The notes under the pieces: generated by a model
What the model was told of the DNA's origin: nothing
Databases searched by the model: none
The model's input: the letters and a program-made list of their open reading frames with translations, nothing else
IMG/VR virus record: IMGVR_UViG_3300028805_003982
Strand: one strand, 5' to 3'
Origin: a virus
Taxonomy: Duplodnaviria; Caudoviricetes
DNA: 64,000 nt
Program-made: the position numbers and the translations under genes
In this document: one piece after another, positions 47,856 to 57,144 of the stretch
How the letters are laid out: the number at the start of each line of letters is the position of its first letter
Numbering within the stretch: position 1 is the stretch's first letter

Positions 47856-49230
47856 CGTTGTCATTAATATACCGACAGGTGCCGATCAGCTGCTTCGTGT
47901 TTTGCAGGAGGAGGGCTTTGACGCGTTCGTTGTCGGAGGCTGCGTAAGGGATGGCCTTCTGGGTATAACGCCTCACGATTGGGATATAACGACTTCGGCC
48001 ACACCCGAAGAAGTGCATTCGGTCCTTTCTTCTTTTAGCATATACGATACGGGTATAAAGCACGGAACGGTTTCCGTTCGTGCGTCTGACGGGGAACTGT
48101 ATGAAGTTACGACGTTCCGCATGGATGGAGAATATCTTGATAACAGGCATCCTGAAAGCGTAAGCTTTGTCCGGGATATAGTAAAAGACCTTGCCCGTCG
48201 TGATTTTACCGTTAATGCCATGGCGTATAGTCCTAAAACAGGGCTTATAGACCCCTTTGGCGGAAGATCGGATCTTGAAAACAACATCTTAAGATGTGTC
48301 GGAAATCCCGACAAAAGATTTAACGAGGATGGATTAAGGATACTTCGGGCTTTGCGGTTTGCATCCGTATATTGTTTTGATATCGAAGCGGACACTGCTG
48401 TTTCGCTCATCAAGAACAGGGCTTTGCTGAATAACATCTCTGCAGAAAGGGTATCCTCCGAATTGGTAAAACTCTTATGCGGAGACAGGGCATTTAAGAT
48501 CCTGGTAGGATATAAGGATGTTATCTTACAGATCATACCTGAACTGTGGCCTTGTGTTCATTTTGCGCAGCACAGCAAATGGCACGATTATTCTGTCTAT
48601 ACCCACATTGCTCATTCGGTTGCTGCATATCAAGGTGATGATCCTGTCATAAAGCTTACAATGCTTTTACACGACATAGCAAAACCCGATTGCTTTGTTC
48701 TCGATGAGCAGGGAAGAGGGCATTTTCCTTATCATGCTGAGAACGGCGAGAAGATCGCTTACGACATCCTGACCAGACTGAAGTTTGATTCATATACCAG
48801 AGATACCGTCTGTCAGCTGATAAGACTTCACGACCGTCAGATAGATCCGACCAGGAGAGCCTGCAGGCGTCTGTTGAATCAGACAGGGGCTGATCTAGCG
48901 TATAAACTCCTGGAAGTGAAAAAGGCTGATACATTGGCTCAGTCAGAATATGCAAAAGATCAGAAAATACCTGAATTTAAGAAAGTACGAGAGCTGATAG
49001 GAGATATATTAAGTGCAGGAAACTGTTTTTCGATAAAGGATCTTCAGATCAACGGCAGTGATCTTATATCAGAGCTGGGAATGGCTCCCGGTAAAGAGAT
49101 AGGCGTTGTACTGCAAAAGCTTCTGGACGGGGTTATCGATGAGAAGGTTGAAAACGCGCACGACGCTTTGCTCTCGGAAGCTGAAAAGATAATAGGTGTT
49201 GATTCTGTATCCGGAACGAACAATCTGTAA
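47836..49230 (+). CDS. cca: CCA tRNA nucleotidyltransferase (class II) with HD domain (...GTNNL)
   Basis: VGGCVRD...DWDITT, EVTTFR.DGEY..NRHP, DLARRDFTVNAMA, RFNEDGLRILRALRF, LLHDIAKP. Confidence 0.9.
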   Translation: MNSISSDVVINIPTGADQLLRVLQEEGFDAFVVGGCVRDGLLGITPHDWDITTSATPEEVHSVLSSFSIYDTGIKHGTVSVRASDGELYEVTTFRMDGEYLDNRHPESVSFVRDIVKDLARRDFTVNAMAYSPKTGLIDPFGGRSDLENNILRCVGNPDKRFNEDGLRILRALRFASVYCFDIEADTAVSLIKNRALLNNISAERVSSELVKLLCGDRAFKILVGYKDVILQIIPELWPCVHFAQHSKWHDYSVYTHIAHSVAAYQGDDPVIKLTMLLHDIAKPDCFVLDEQGRGHFPYHAENGEKIAYDILTRLKFDSYTRDTVCQLIRLHDRQIDPTRRACRRLLNQTGADLAYKLLEVKKADTLAQSEYAKDQKIPEFKKVRELIGDILSAGNCFSIKDLQINGSDLISELGMAPGKEIGVVLQKLLDGVIDEKVENAHDALLSEAEKIIGVDSVSGTNNL

Positions 49231-49251
49231 AGAAAGGGCGGGTAATCTAAT

Positions 49252-49773
49252 ATGACTGAAGGTGTTTGGATCTCGATATTATCCGGCGATACCATAATCC
49301 TTAAGGAAGAGGATGTTGTCACGTTTGATATCTATAAGGCTTGTATAAGTGCGGGTAAGGATATGCAAGAATTGATGCGCACGATCCTTAACGCTAACCG
49401 TGAGGGAGATTCGATCTTTCTTGAGGACCGCGAGTTCGTGGCGCTTTTTAATTTTGCCAAGAACGGTGACCAGATCAAGCTTTATGAGCTCAACAGGCGG
49501 CACACCGAAGATTTTGAGGGTATCTTAAGAGGTATATATAAGTTCGGCAGCAAAGTATGTCTTGATGTCTCGTCCTACAGGGCCGTAAAGCTCGTAAAAG
49601 AGCTCCCCTTAGACGCCGCGGTGCCCAAGCTGCGCGAATGTGTGGCGGAGCTGAAAGATCAGGAACGTCAGATTTTGGAAAATATCGGTAAAAAAGAGGA
49701 GCCTGCTGCTGACGAAACGCTGCAGAAGCAGGCTGAAGATCCGCTTGATGAGTTAAACGAGATGTTCGGCTGA
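49252..49773 (+). CDS. Hypothetical protein
   Basis: 173-aa ORF in operon. Confidence 0.7.
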   Translation: MTEGVWISILSGDTIILKEEDVVTFDIYKACISAGKDMQELMRTILNANREGDSIFLEDREFVALFNFAKNGDQIKLYELNRRHTEDFEGILRGIYKFGSKVCLDVSSYRAVKLVKELPLDAAVPKLRECVAELKDQERQILENIGKKEEPAADETLQKQAEDPLDELNEMFG

Positions 49774-49799
49774 TAATTTAAAGACAGTCGGGCAAGACA

Positions 49800-49828
49800 G
49801 TTCTAAAAAGGTTCTCCGATGTCATTCT
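49800..49828 (+). promoter_or_regulatory. Element-specific promoter (GTTCTA class) inside a terminator-like hairpin
   Basis: GTTCTAAA; 17 bp to CATTCT; hairpin AAAAAG..TCTCCGA..CATTCTT / AAGAATG..TCGGGGG CTTTTT. Confidence 0.6.
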
Positions 49829-49913
49829 TATATAAAGAATGTGTCGGGGGCTTTTTTATGGCTGCTTTTTGTTTATGACACGACGCCCCGGAACGCATGA
49901 TGAGGAGAACACT

Positions 49914-50483
49914 ATGAATAAAGAAATTACTATGTATGAATCCTTTGAAACCAGCGGGTTTATGTCGCTTCTGATCGATCAGGATGCTGTTGTTTCTGAA
50001 GATAAGCTTACCAAGCTCGTGTATCTTGCCAGAAAACAGTTTGATCAGGTCATCTCTGAATTGACCGGCGGAGAATCGTATCACATTTCCGTTGAAGCAC
50101 GAAGCGTTTTATCAAGGGTATTGCCCGGCAGCTTTGTCGGGCTTGAGTATTACGCCGAAGGAAGTTTTAAATTGACCGATTATGTTCCCGGCGAAAAAGG
50201 GGATAGGGATTATCCCGGGGCGAAGCCTTTCTTCGGCGATTATAAAGAAGAATCAGATATCGATCAGACTATTCATCAAGCCTTTTCCGAGGGATTGGCA
50301 GAACTTTGCAAGACGGAGCTGCCTGATATGTTGGGGCGTATCAGCATGAAAACGGATACTATCTCCTGTACTGCTTTGGATTCGATCATGGAAGACCTCG
50401 CGTATTCCATGTCAGCCGAGCAGGACGCAGCTTTGGAAAAGAAAGCCGAATGGCAGCGAAAGATCGATAGGGAGGGATTGTAA
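49914..50483 (+). CDS. Hypothetical protein (...DREGL)
   Basis: GAGGAG RBS before ATG 49914. Confidence 0.75.
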   Translation: MNKEITMYESFETSGFMSLLIDQDAVVSEDKLTKLVYLARKQFDQVISELTGGESYHISVEARSVLSRVLPGSFVGLEYYAEGSFKLTDYVPGEKGDRDYPGAKPFFGDYKEESDIDQTIHQAFSEGLAELCKTELPDMLGRISMKTDTISCTALDSIMEDLAYSMSAEQDAALEKKAEWQRKIDREGL

Positions 50484-50484
50484 G

Positions 50485-50955
50485 ATGAGCAGAGACTGGA
50501 CGCCTTTTACACACCACCAGATAGACAAAGATGTTACGCGTTTATCCGAACGCGGTATTAAGTTTGTTAATTCCAACGGTGAAAAGTTTGTCCTGTACGA
50601 CCCTGAGTCGCCTTTTTCCAAGCGCTGCCCCAACTTGTCGTTTTTGTTGGGCGAAAACGAGTGCAAAGCGCTTTTAGAGCGTTCCAAATGTATGGAAGCT
50701 GTCCTTGACAGTGTAGAGGTTAAACTGGATCTGATCATTAAGACCAGGGATACAGTAGGACCTGTAGATACTTCCTGGTATGACAAAGACCCTGATGCCT
50801 TATTTTTGTTAACCGATAAATGGTATACGGGTAATCTTGACCCCGGATTTTATTACAACACGCTTAATCACGGGCGTTTCATTGAGGGCTTGACTGATTA
50901 TGCACGGGAATTGGAAAAAGTATTTCCGAAAACAGGCGTAAAGCCGGAATTATAA
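50485..50955 (+). CDS. Hypothetical protein (...VKPEL)
   Basis: GGAGG RBS, coupled. Confidence 0.75.
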   Translation: MSRDWTPFTHHQIDKDVTRLSERGIKFVNSNGEKFVLYDPESPFSKRCPNLSFLLGENECKALLERSKCMEAVLDSVEVKLDLIIKTRDTVGPVDTSWYDKDPDALFLLTDKWYTGNLDPGFYYNTLNHGRFIEGLTDYARELEKVFPKTGVKPEL

Positions 50956-50968
50956 GGAGGGCGGATAA

Positions 50969-51457
50969 ATGGCTGAATATGGTTTTGAAGAGATGAAGAT
51001 GTCAGGAACCATTGATATCAGACTGTCTGAAGGTATCTCTGTTCACGATCCGATGAAGCTCACGCTCCTTTTCGGCGTTAAGGACAGCCTTTCTCAGGCT
51101 GCTGCAATCGTTTATGGCACGCCTGATTGGGGCAGCAGAGTAACAGATACTTTTGATGACCTTTCTCCGAAGGAATCTTTGGATAAAGCGTTGGCAAAGC
51201 CTGTTATTGATGTCATTACTTACCGGTTTGATATCCGCGGTGAACGTGATGCTTCAAAAGATTATATGGACAGCAACAGGTTTAAAAAATCCTTATGTGA
51301 TGCCTGGGCTGAACAGCTTATTAAATATTGTTCCGAAGTTATGCTGAAGACTCTTGATATGGTCGAGATCAACCCCTCCGAGATCAGCTGTACTGATCAG
51401 GCGGATATCTTTAAGAGCCCGGAAGAGGAAGTCTTTGAGATAAGGTCGGGGCTTTGA
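50969..51457 (+). CDS. Hypothetical protein (...IRSGL)
   Basis: AAGGAGG RBS. Confidence 0.75.
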   Translation: MAEYGFEEMKMSGTIDIRLSEGISVHDPMKLTLLFGVKDSLSQAAAIVYGTPDWGSRVTDTFDDLSPKESLDKALAKPVIDVITYRFDIRGERDASKDYMDSNRFKKSLCDAWAEQLIKYCSEVMLKTLDMVEINPSEISCTDQADIFKSPEEEVFEIRSGL

Positions 51458-51484
51458 TATTTTGTTGTGAAGGAGCTGAAATAA

Positions 51485-52102
51485 GTGAGTTACAGCATTA
51501 AGACTGATAATACGAATTTTTATTATACCGGCGGAGGTATCTTTGAATACTCCGGTGCTTGCGAACAGAATAAGGCGTGGTTCATGACATCCGACAACTG
51601 GATGAGTGAAGGAAATCCCTATGTTCTCATCGTTAATGAAAACCCTGCTAAAACAGATATGCCGTTTACGGATTCCTGGTGTAACGAACATCAGGTTGCC
51701 GAATTAAACGGTGATGACGCGGGAAGGTTCATTTCAGAGATGTTTAAGGATCTTATCCTTCAGGTACAGTCCGGAAAGCTTGCCATGCTGCCTTCCATTC
51801 TTTATGAAAAGAAGGAACGCTATTCCTTCGGAGGACCTGTAATGTACCAGCCTTCCGGAAATCTGCCGGAAGATACCGTCTTTGCTCCGGACAGCGCAGG
51901 TTCTGCTTTGTTCTGGGTCAAGACCATGGCACTGCAGCTTATAAGCGATGGATTGCTGAATTCGAAGAAGTCCCAGGACTTCAGCGAACAGAAGGCGATC
52001 TACAAGATCCTGGAGATAGGGGAAGAAGAATTCCTTAACGCCGAGGGTGCCGTGTGGGGGATACAGTTTCACCCCATTGACATTGCAAACATAGATTTTT
52101 GA
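51485..52102 (+). CDS. Hypothetical protein (...ANIDF)
   Basis: AAGGAG RBS, GTG start. Confidence 0.72.
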   Translation: MSYSIKTDNTNFYYTGGGIFEYSGACEQNKAWFMTSDNWMSEGNPYVLIVNENPAKTDMPFTDSWCNEHQVAELNGDDAGRFISEMFKDLILQVQSGKLAMLPSILYEKKERYSFGGPVMYQPSGNLPEDTVFAPDSAGSALFWVKTMALQLISDGLLNSKKSQDFSEQKAIYKILEIGEEEFLNAEGAVWGIQFHPIDIANIDF

Positions 52103-52119
52103 CTGAAGGAGGATCTGAT

Positions 52120-52578
52120 ATGAAACACTATTGGCTTGGCGTTCCGGGGGAACCCGTTTCATTGGCTCTTTTGCTTAATATATGCGTCGATGAATGCATC
52201 GACAAGCGTCGTGACATTTCTAATTTCACCACTTTCGGGTTTCTGCAGCTGGCTACTGATTCTTTGGCTAGCGATATGCTGAACGACGCCGGGGTGACCA
52301 GTGACGACGTTATAAAGCTGTGGTCTTGTGTATCTATTTATTGGAACGAACCCGAAGGCTGTTACAAGATACAGCTCTTGAGGAGCTCTTTTGATGAAGA
52401 GCCTATAGTGTTGGCTTCAGCCGACGTTGAAACAAACGGTCGCGTACGCAACTACGGAAAGCCCGGAGAGTGGCTTATCGAAAAGGCCATAGAACTGAAA
52501 ATGCCGGGTTTTAAGAACTTGAAAGAAGAAGACAAGCGCGTTTTGTTCGGTAATCTGGACAATACTTTTAACTTGTAA
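52120..52578 (+). CDS. Hypothetical protein (...NTFNL)
   Basis: AAGGAGG RBS before ATG 52120. Confidence 0.72.
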   Translation: MKHYWLGVPGEPVSLALLLNICVDECIDKRRDISNFTTFGFLQLATDSLASDMLNDAGVTSDDVIKLWSCVSIYWNEPEGCYKIQLLRSSFDEEPIVLASADVETNGRVRNYGKPGEWLIEKAIELKMPGFKNLKEEDKRVLFGNLDNTFNL

Positions 52579-52595
52579 TATCGGAGGGGTTTGAT

Positions 52596-54551
52596 ATGGG
52601 GCAGCATTACGACAGATTATTAACTGAGATAGGTCAGAATCACGCGCCTTTTATCGTGTATGATCTTGAAACGACCGGAAGGATGAACGGGCATGACAAC
52701 CGCATTACCCAGATAGCTTTAACAGCCTATCTGTGGAACCTTGCATCGGACAGATATGAACTCAGGGATCACATGTTCATTCTGGCAAAGCCCGATCCCG
52801 ATAATCTCAGATCGCTTATAAAGCGTGCAGAACCTACCAGAGAAAATGCCAGAGAAGAGCTTCGTTCGGAGTTCATGTTTAAATACGGCAGGGCAGAGAA
52901 GGAAGCATACGAAAAATGCAAAGAACAGCACGCTAAATATAAAGCATTGATAGAAGATTACAGAAACGGCACATATACAGGACGCTTCTCTTTGGATCTG
53001 TTAAAGAAAAGATCTCATGAATATGCTGCCAGAGCGCCATATTTAAAGAAGCTTTGGGATGAGAAAACGGCAAAGCTTGCCAATAATGATCCTTCTATGC
53101 AGGCGGAATGCAATAAATACATTGCAGACCATCTGGACGAAAAGATAGATGCCATGAAGAAGACTCCGTCTTTGAAAGAAGAACTGGCGCTTCAGGGCAT
53201 TACTCTTGATACCTATATTGCCGGTAATCTTGGGCTGACCGGAAGCGAGATGCAGACCGGTATAATGGAGTTTTTGTCCAAGTATGACAGTCCGGATACC
53301 ATCTTTATTACAAACGGTACCTATTATCAGAAGCATTATCTTGCCAAGGCCGGCATGGGCATTACAAAGGACTGGGATCACATAGTTGACTATGCACATA
53401 TCCTCAAAGAAAACATAAAGGACCCCAGCAAGATCCGTCTCAGTTCTTTTGTTGAAGAGTATCAGAAAAAGACCGGGAAACAGATCAAGACGTTCGACTC
53501 GTTTACCAAAGCGTTATGCTTTGCCGAGATGGCTGCAAGCACTTGCGGCGTCAAGATCTCCAATAGAAGTCTTGAGCAGCTGACAAACGCCGTTAAGACC
53601 GAGGCCTTTAAGAATGATGAGAATTATGTCATGTCTTTGTCCGCCATGGCAAACCACAACTGGATCAGTATAGATAAAGCCATTTCTGCTACATACACCT
53701 TCAGCTCTTTGGAGTTTGTCCAGTTCGGCAACGACAGAAGGTATGTGGATCTTGATAAGATGTTTGAAGTAAATGACAATTTCGAGATCACCTTGGAAGG
53801 CGAGAAGGAACCTATCAAGACATGGGACGAGCTTGAAGCGAAGATAAAAGCTCTTAACAGCCACATTTCAAATGACCTTCTGGAAAAGATAAAGACTAAG
53901 TATGAAGAACTTGAGGTCGAGGTCAATTTAAAGAAACAGAACGCTTCGGCCCATATCAAAGAGCATGACGCGGATAATGAAGACGTAGAGGTCAGGAAAG
54001 AACGCGAAAAGATACGGGACAACCTTGATGCCAAAGACAATGTCAGACAGGATTCCCCTGAGGTCGATAAGGTAAAGGATCTCGAAAAGAGAGCCGCTGC
54101 AGTTACCGGGCAGCTGTCTGACAATGCACATAAGGCCGCAGCCAAGATAGTAAAGCAGATGCTTAATATCGAACAGTATCTTGCTCCTGAGGCGTCCGCA
54201 TTAAACGACCTCGAAAAGAAATATAAGATCTCACCGGGCCGTTCGGACGATGTCCGCATCTGCGGGTACCTGATCGACGGCGGTAAGTTCGCCATCCTCG
54301 GCGCATGGTCTCAGCGCTCGGACAAGAGTTTAGAAAAGGGTACTGAGCAGATAGAAGATACTCTCTTGAAGAGGGGTTTTAATCCGTTTAAGCCTTTGTT
54401 TGATCCCTCTTACATCGATTCTGTTAAGCGGGATATGTCCGGGCTTGCGTGCAGCCTTTTGGAGAAGTACATCGACGATCAGACAAAGACATTGAACTCA
54501 ATCCCTGCAGATCTGGATATTACCGACTTCGGCGATCATTCAGGGCTGTAA
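52596..54551 (+). CDS. DEDDh/DnaQ-like exonuclease-fold protein with large helical insertion, probably degenerate (...DHSGL)
   Basis: Exo I VYDLETTG...ITQIA; later Exo II/III acidic residues not recognisable. Confidence 0.65.
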   Translation: MGQHYDRLLTEIGQNHAPFIVYDLETTGRMNGHDNRITQIALTAYLWNLASDRYELRDHMFILAKPDPDNLRSLIKRAEPTRENAREELRSEFMFKYGRAEKEAYEKCKEQHAKYKALIEDYRNGTYTGRFSLDLLKKRSHEYAARAPYLKKLWDEKTAKLANNDPSMQAECNKYIADHLDEKIDAMKKTPSLKEELALQGITLDTYIAGNLGLTGSEMQTGIMEFLSKYDSPDTIFITNGTYYQKHYLAKAGMGITKDWDHIVDYAHILKENIKDPSKIRLSSFVEEYQKKTGKQIKTFDSFTKALCFAEMAASTCGVKISNRSLEQLTNAVKTEAFKNDENYVMSLSAMANHNWISIDKAISATYTFSSLEFVQFGNDRRYVDLDKMFEVNDNFEITLEGEKEPIKTWDELEAKIKALNSHISNDLLEKIKTKYEELEVEVNLKKQNASAHIKEHDADNEDVEVRKEREKIRDNLDAKDNVRQDSPEVDKVKDLEKRAAAVTGQLSDNAHKAAAKIVKQMLNIEQYLAPEASALNDLEKKYKISPGRSDDVRICGYLIDGGKFAILGAWSQRSDKSLEKGTEQIEDTLLKRGFNPFKPLFDPSYIDSVKRDMSGLACSLLEKYIDDQTKTLNSIPADLDITDFGDHSGL

Positions 54552-54584
54552 CAAAAACACATAACAGGTAAAGGAGGGACAAAG

Positions 54585-55016
54585 ATGGACAAGCGTGAAA
54601 AGCAGCGTCAGATAGCTGAACAGATGCTGGCAGGTGCCGCCATTGAGTGGGGCTCCCAGTTCTTTGAGATCAAAGAAGATAATGTTAAATATGAAAGAGG
54701 TCTGGTACTTACCGTTTATAACGACAAGGAACACAAATGCAGGGAATGGAGTCACTGCATCGATCTGGATACCATCGAAGTGGAAGACCTTCCCGAATTC
54801 AGTGAAGCTGTTGTTCAGAAAAGAACTCTTGATAACATCATGGACGCTGTTGAAGACGCCGTTTATGACATCAGGGAAGATTATGACATCCCACAGCCTG
54901 ATAAGGAAACGAGACTGCCTGCTGACGTACAGCGTTCCGCAGAGCAGTTGGCTTCTTCAGTCGCGAGATCATTAGTTAAGGAAAAAGAGATAGATGACAG
55001 CAGAAAGAGTCTTTGA
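54585..55016 (+). CDS. Hypothetical protein (...SRKSL)
   Basis: AAGGAGG RBS. Confidence 0.75.
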   Translation: MDKREKQRQIAEQMLAGAAIEWGSQFFEIKEDNVKYERGLVLTVYNDKEHKCREWSHCIDLDTIEVEDLPEFSEAVVQKRTLDNIMDAVEDAVYDIREDYDIPQPDKETRLPADVQRSAEQLASSVARSLVKEKEIDDSRKSL

Positions 55017-55033
55017 CCGTAAGGAGGTAAGTT

Positions 55034-55378
55034 ATGACTATTGAATTTGATTGTGTGAGCAATGATACCAGCACCGTTTATGTTAATTCGGCAAGTTTTA
55101 AGCTGGATTGCGGAAAGATCGTAACCGTTGACAGAGATTTAACAAGAATATCCAGATCAGATAACGGTCACATATCAATGGCTTGGAGCGAGATCTATAT
55201 ATGGGACGGTGAAAACGAAATCCGGGATATAGAAGACCTGTTTTCGAAGGGAGCTACCTTGGTTGGTATTGAAATTGAAGACGACGCGCCCGACGGATAT
55301 AACATAGAGGCAATTTCCTGTAAGGTGTACGGAAAAGACTTCGAACTTAATGCTTGTAGCGACGGGATCGGAATGTAA
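55034..55378 (+). CDS. Hypothetical acidic protein (...DGIGM)
   Basis: AAGGAGGT RBS. Confidence 0.72.
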   Translation: MTIEFDCVSNDTSTVYVNSASFKLDCGKIVTVDRDLTRISRSDNGHISMAWSEIYIWDGENEIRDIEDLFSKGATLVGIEIEDDAPDGYNIEAISCKVYGKDFELNACSDGIGM

Positions 55379-55392
55379 AACGCGGGTTTTTT

Positions 55393-55421
55393 ATACTATT
55401 TTCAAGAATCGCTGTTATATA
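55393..55421 (+). promoter_or_regulatory. Element-specific promoter (GTTCTA class, weaker match)
   Basis: ATACTA-17 bp-TATATA with TG extension; ATACTATTTTC can pair with GAAAATAG-AG-GTAT over the RBS/start. Confidence 0.45.
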
Positions 55422-55487
55422 TTAAATATGGGTAGTTAATACGGAAGTATTACCGCCAGTATAATTTTGGCAAAGGAAAATAGAGGT

Positions 55488-56318
55488 ATGTCTGATTTTA
55501 ATAACAAGTTCATCATCGTCGGCAAGAGTGGCGTAGGTAAGGATTACATTACCAAGATATTCGAAGACCTGGGCAAAGAGAGGCTGGTTACTTATACGAC
55601 CAGGCCTCAGCGTTATCCCGGGGAAGATACACATAAGTTCATAACAGAACAGGAGGCTGCTTCTTTTGCCAACTCCGAAAAGTATCTGCGTACGTCAGTT
55701 GCGCAACACGAGTATTTTACGACCTTGGAAGACGTGAAAAAGGCGGATGTAATTATCTTAGATCCGGCAGGCGTTAAGGAGATCTTATCCAGAATGCCCG
55801 ATCAGACATTTCATCTGATCTACATTAATGCAGATCCCGCAGAGCGTATGCGGGCTGCCCTTTTAAGACAGGACAGACGTTTTGACAGGGCTTGTCCGGT
55901 TCTTTCGGATAAACTGGACTACATCATGCACAAGACCCGTTCATCCAAAGTGGTTGATTCGTACAACAACGCTGTAAGCGAAGCTATCGAAACGATCGGT
56001 AAGTTCAGTAAGTATACCAGTTTTACTGATGAGGATAAAAATACGCTGGCTAAGGAAGTGGGTATCGTCTACTCGCGTTTCGTTGATGAAGAGCAGGCGT
56101 TTGATGACTTTGAGCATGTTTTTTACGGATATGTGGGAAGAAGGGTTGAAACCCCCGATAACGTAGTCTTTGTCTGGGATATTACGAATAATTTTGACCC
56201 TTCGGACATCAGAGAAAAGGTTCAGGAGATCGTCCGTACCGATGAAATGGCCAAGAAAATGTGCGAAAAGAATTTTTGCGGCATTAACGATAAGGGCGAT
56301 GGCGACAGGGGGTTATGA
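55488..56318 (+). CDS. Guanylate kinase-like protein (...GDRGL)
   Basis: IIVGKSGVGKD P-loop; VTYTTRP.R..GE...H.F GMP-binding motif; ILDPAG. Confidence 0.8.
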   Translation: MSDFNNKFIIVGKSGVGKDYITKIFEDLGKERLVTYTTRPQRYPGEDTHKFITEQEAASFANSEKYLRTSVAQHEYFTTLEDVKKADVIILDPAGVKEILSRMPDQTFHLIYINADPAERMRAALLRQDRRFDRACPVLSDKLDYIMHKTRSSKVVDSYNNAVSEAIETIGKFSKYTSFTDEDKNTLAKEVGIVYSRFVDEEQAFDDFEHVFYGYVGRRVETPDNVVFVWDITNNFDPSDIREKVQEIVRTDEMAKKMCEKNFCGINDKGDGDRGL

Positions 56319-56319
56319 T

Positions 56320-57126
56320 ATGGATTACGCAAAACTCAGGCTCAGCGCTTTGATAGATCTGTATAAGTCCGGGGATAAGGAAGCCGGGGCTGCTCTTGTT
56401 GAAAAGAAGATCCCTTCAATTACCAAACTTGCCGAATCTTTTGGCAATACCGGTGTTGTCACCGTTGATGATTTGGTGCAGGTAGGGTGCCTGGGTCTTC
56501 TCAAAGCTCTCGATAAGTTCGACAGATCCAAGGGTGAAAACTTTAACGCATACGCTTCTTTCTGGATCAGGCGTGAAATGCAGCACGAGCTTGAAGAGAA
56601 TGTAAGGACCATTCATGTTCCGCTTCAGGTTCAGAACGACATCCGTAAGATCGCCGAGTATCAGGAAGACTGTTATGGAGCGGCAGACGAAATCCCGACC
56701 GTCAGGAATATAGCAGAGCATTTCGATTTTACCGAGGATTACGTACGCGAGTGCATAAAGCTTATGGACCATACAGACCCGTTAAATAAACATAAGGAAG
56801 TATTGAGTGATCTGGGCAATGATTATATCGAAACGACCCCTGAGCAGCTCAGCAGACAAGGGGTTTTGAAAGATGAATTGATCAAAGCCATAAATAAAAC
56901 ACTGACACCCCGCGAGGCTTTTGTTATCCGTGAGCGTTATTTGAATGAAGATGAATCGCTCGTGCCGTTTGAAAAAATAGGCAAAAAGATCGGCCTCACA
57001 AGAGAACGCGTAAGACAGATAGAGGCCAGAGCTTTATATAAACTGCGCCACTATAACAAAAATCTGCAGTTTTTAGGGGATTCGAACGGCGTTCCGCTGG
57101 AACCCGATCACAGCAGAAAGCTCTAA
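56320..57126 (+). CDS. Sigma-70 family RNA polymerase sigma factor (...HSRKL)
   Basis: Region 2 DDLVQVG.LGLLKA.DKFD..KG.NF..YA.FWIR; region 4 LTPRE..VI..RY...IG..IGLTRERVRQIE.RAL.KLR. Confidence 0.9.
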   Translation: MDYAKLRLSALIDLYKSGDKEAGAALVEKKIPSITKLAESFGNTGVVTVDDLVQVGCLGLLKALDKFDRSKGENFNAYASFWIRREMQHELEENVRTIHVPLQVQNDIRKIAEYQEDCYGAADEIPTVRNIAEHFDFTEDYVRECIKLMDHTDPLNKHKEVLSDLGNDYIETTPEQLSRQGVLKDELIKAINKTLTPREAFVIRERYLNEDESLVPFEKIGKKIGLTRERVRQIEARALYKLRHYNKNLQFLGDSNGVPLEPDHSRKL

Positions 57127-57144
57127 AAAAGGAACGGAAAGGAA

